From Octopus sinensis (Eukaryota): a DNA stretch of 64,000 bases. Under the pieces are notes generated by a model, which worked only from the letters and a program-made list of their open reading frames with translations, searched no databases and had not been told where the DNA came from. Of the stretch, positions 60,686 to 64,000 are shown piece by piece (the stretch's first letter is position 1; every line of letters begins with the position of its first letter). The position numbers and the translations under genes were made by a program. The stretch lies in contig NC_043006.1 of assembly GCF_006345805.1 (NCBI RefSeq), positions 19,902,001-19,966,000 on the forward strand. Direction: 5' to 3'.

Positions 60686-60806
60686 TCAACATTCTTAAGC
60701 AACCTTTATTTAAGGACCATTTGAGTGGGATGGGCTACTTGACCTAAAGAAAACTCTAACTGGGCCCCACCTGCAAGGTCATGTGCTGTTTATCTTGATA
60801 TGAGAT
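60446..60806 (+). repeat. Rearranged local duplication of modules from 59412-60436
   Basis: Same modules separated by (TAA)n tracts of different length. Confidence 0.8.
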
Positions 60807-61609
60807 CACCATGTCGCACACATATGGTTGTGGTGCATGCGTCTGGTGTACCCTTATCAGACGGGTAGTCATGATGGGTATATTGGGCTTCGTATATTTT
60901 ACCCACTGTCACTTTGATAGCATGCTCTGCTCTCTCACTCAATAATAATAATTTCAAATTTAGGCACAAGGCCAGCAATTTCAGGGGAGAGGGTGAATGG
61001 ATTACATTGACCCCAGTACCTACCTCATTTTATCGACCCCTCCAAAAGATGAAAGGTAAAGTCAACCTCAGCAAAATTTGTATTCAGAACATAAAGTTGG
61101 ACAAAATGCCACTAAACATTTTGCCTGGTGTACTAATGATTCTGCTAGTACGCCACCTTCATAACTCTCAATGCAGTACCAGGCAGTAGCGCTCATGGTT
61201 TCTGGTCTTAACTAATTGGAAATGTACTTATTTTGTCTTAGTATAAAAGATAGGCTACAGCAAATATTCTGCTCAATACCACAGATTTGCTTGTCAGTTG
61301 TTTGACCTTAACCAGTTGAACATGTCCCTTAGTGGCTGACGATATGTGCATCTCTGATCATGAACAGGAGTAGTGGAGGAGCATCATAGCCATGTGTTGA
61401 AAGGAATTTTGGGGGGGTTTGAATAAATCACCTCTGGAAACATGGGTGTTTCATTCATCATCCTTAAACAACCCTCATTCAGGGACCTTTTCAGCAGGAT
61501 GACTACTCAACCTGAAGAACATTACAACTGGGCTCCACCTGCAAGGCAGTGTGTTATTTATCTTGATGTGCCTTGCATTTACCATGTCACACACATATGG
61601 TTGTGATTC

Positions 61610-63235
61610 AATAAATTCACTTGAGGATGGCACAACATTCTCCACCCTCACTCTCCTTTTGAAGTGAAACTTGAAAAAGTTGATGAGGGCTCTACCAAAT
61701 AAGAATGTCTCTATCCTCATGCCTTTCAGTCTTGTCCACCAGACAGTGTCCTTCAGAACAGCTACAGTGAATGGGAAACTACCTTACCAGCTCAATTAAA
61801 GGTGGCTAGCAGGGCAACCATCACTATGAACTAGGCCAATAGACGGACCCGACCCACATGCAACAACAGCTTCCCACAAGTCAGCAATGCTCAGACACTG
61901 AAAGAGTGCACGCAGAACAGTTTCATCAATCTGCACACACTTCAGGTAAGCCTGTCTGAAAGCACATCCATGCCCTTAGAGTTTATCTCAAACTGGTAGC
62001 AGCCATTGATAGCACTGGATTTCTGAAAATTATCCATGGTCGGCTCTGAGCAGAGAGTCCTTCAGAGCAGACTAAACAGTTCATTTTCATCGACACCTAA
62101 AGTCTCCCTGAGAACACAATTGCACTTCCCTGCCATTAATCCTCTATATATTGCCAAAGTGGAACATCCACCAATCTCATTTCCCAACTGCCAGAAGGAA
62201 GGCTCAGAGCACCTAGGTGCCAAATGCCCAAACTCAGTCTTTCTTTCACCCAGGTCTGCAACTCTATCAAGGAAACAAGCTGAGGAAAGACATGCGTCAC
62301 AAATGAATCTCACACATGGATGGAAGCACTCCGTCGGTTACGACGACGAGGGTTCCGGTTGATCCGATCAACGGAACAGCCTGCTTGTGAAATTAACGTG
62401 TAAGTGGCTGAGCACTCCACAGACAAGTGTACCCTTAACGCAGTTCTCGGGGATATTCAGCGTGACACAGAGAGTAACAAGGCCGGCCCTTTGAAATACA
62501 GGTACAACAGAAACAGGAAGTAAGAGTGAGAGAAAGTTGTGGTGAAAGAGTACAGCAGGGTTCTTCACCATCCCTGCCGGAGCCTTGTGGAGCTTTAGGT
62601 GTTTTCGCTCAATAAACACTCACAACACCCGGTCTGGGAATCGAAACCGCAATCCTACGGTTGCGAGTCCGCTGCCCTAACCACTGGGCCATTGCGCCTC
62701 CACATCTCACACATATTCACTGCCCAAAAATCATTACAGTTGGTGCGATCTCAGCACATGTCTGTTTAAGCTGCCACACAGAGGATGCTGGCAGCAGACT
62801 GACTGCCTACCTAACCACTGGAATGCTTCCCTTAGACAAGAAGATAAAAATGAGATGCCCTAACCTGATTACGACACAGCAACCAGGGCAGAGCACAACA
62901 GTCAAGTGATAAATGATGGCAGATGCGATGCAAGCATTTGCTATCTCTGCCTGACCTTTGAGGACAGCTTCCTCTCTGGCCACCATCACCTTATCCCAGT
63001 TCTTATCTGCTCGGAGGTCAGGACCAAAACAGATCCTAAGCAGTTTAACTGGTCTGTCAATCCAGTGTCCAGTGCTGTCATCTGACAGTATCAATCTGCC
63101 TTTCCAGGTGCCCCAGCCTTTTTTCAATAATATAAGGGATAAGGCCTGAAATTTTGATGGGATACAAGAGGGCCTCCAACAACATCCAATCAAGGAACCC
63201 CGAAGATCAAACACTACTCTATACAGCCTGATAAC
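61610..63235 (-). mobile_element. Tx1-clade (L1 group) LINE 3' fragment, interrupted by SINE-C
   Basis: VKLL..FGPDL..KNW, KGQAEIAN.CIAS.I.YHLTV, MDNFQKS, zinc-knuckle remnant, FFKFHFKRRVRVE. Confidence 0.85.
62318..62703 (-). mobile_element. SINE-C (tail variant 2) with 11-bp TSD
   Basis: ATCTCACACAT at 62307-62317 and 62704-62714. Confidence 0.94.
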
Positions 63236-63569
63236 TGACTTAGAGGCTGATGTCCCTCAAACCATTTTAACAAATTCACATACATTTAATAGAGATGATC
63301 TCCAGAAATGACCTTCCATGCATGAATAACTGTATATGTATTTGTATATGTGTGAACGTCTGTATATTCGTACGTGTATGTATGTCTCTCTACAGTTGTG
63401 TGTGCGCATGTGTATGTGTATGTATCTCAGTGTGTACGTATTCATATATGTGTGTGTGTGTATTTGTATACGTGTATGCCAGTTTGTATGTGCATCTCTC
63501 TATGTGTACAAGTGTGCGTATTTGCTTATATGTGTGTATGCGTGTAAGTGTACTAGTGTGTGTATTTGT

Positions 63570-63846
63570 GCAAGTGTATTAGTGTGTGTGTGTGTGTGTG
63601 TTTTGTGTGTGTGTTACTGAGTGTATTGGGGGAGTGGTGTGTGTGTGTGTGTGTATGTGTGTGTGTGTGTTGTGTGTGTGTGTGTATGTGTGTGTGTATG
63701 TGTGTGTGTGTATGTGTGTGCGTGTATGTGTGTGTGCGTGTGTGTGTGTGTATGTGTGTGTGTGTATGTGTGTGTGTATGTGTGTGTGTATGTGTGTGTG
63801 TGTATGTGTTGTGTGTGTATGTGTGTGTGTGTATGTTGTGTGTGTA

Positions 63847-63878
<32 letters not shown>

Positions 63879-63945
63879 TGTGTGTGTATGTGTGTGTGTA
63901 TGTGTGTGTGTATGTGTGTGTGTTTGTCTGTGTGTGCATGTAAAG
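63570..63945. repeat. (GT)n/(GTAT) compound microsatellite
   Basis: Direct reading. Confidence 0.95.
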
Positions 63946-64000
63946 ATATGTGGGTACATTCATCAAAATTAATGGCAGCACTGGACAGTTTTTTTTTATC

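Overview
AT-rich, repeat-dense eukaryotic DNA. The SINE, MITE and LINE repertoire looks like a coleoid cephalopod, most likely Octopus (inference from family recognition, no database search). The window is mostly intron of one minus-strand gene. Six phase-compatible exons (59177-59340, 51962-52017, 51192-51273, 30820-30870, 14792-15134, 11882-11917) splice into an open frame containing a SAM domain (WSTADVVRWLDQQGLAKQFAVIFNENQVTGTTLVEGNLHFLDTLKEISLEDRELLLSSIYELL); I cannot name the gene. The introns hold about 40 tRNA-derived SINE copies of several families, RTE-related elements, fragments of CR1/L2, RTE, Tx1 and HERO-like LINEs, a full-length frameshifted mariner, a Tc1 relic, an internally deleted piggyBac with related MITEs, Helitrons, a solo LTR, three fold-back elements and long microsatellites. 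The most unusual signals are: (1) minimal type-I hammerhead ribozyme motifs, including a mirrored pair in a 452-bp fold-back and one with an intact core on the pre-mRNA strand; (2) an inverted local copy that can base-pair over the 3' splice site of the 343-nt exon; (3) a 17-bp minisatellite grown from a piggyBac-type end and co-amplified with a SINE; (4) many short locally templated copies, several with microhomology junctions. Repeat boundaries are approximate (tens of bp) unless termini or TSDs are quoted. SINE-A to SINE-D, MITE-P1 to P3 and RTE-related element are my working labels.
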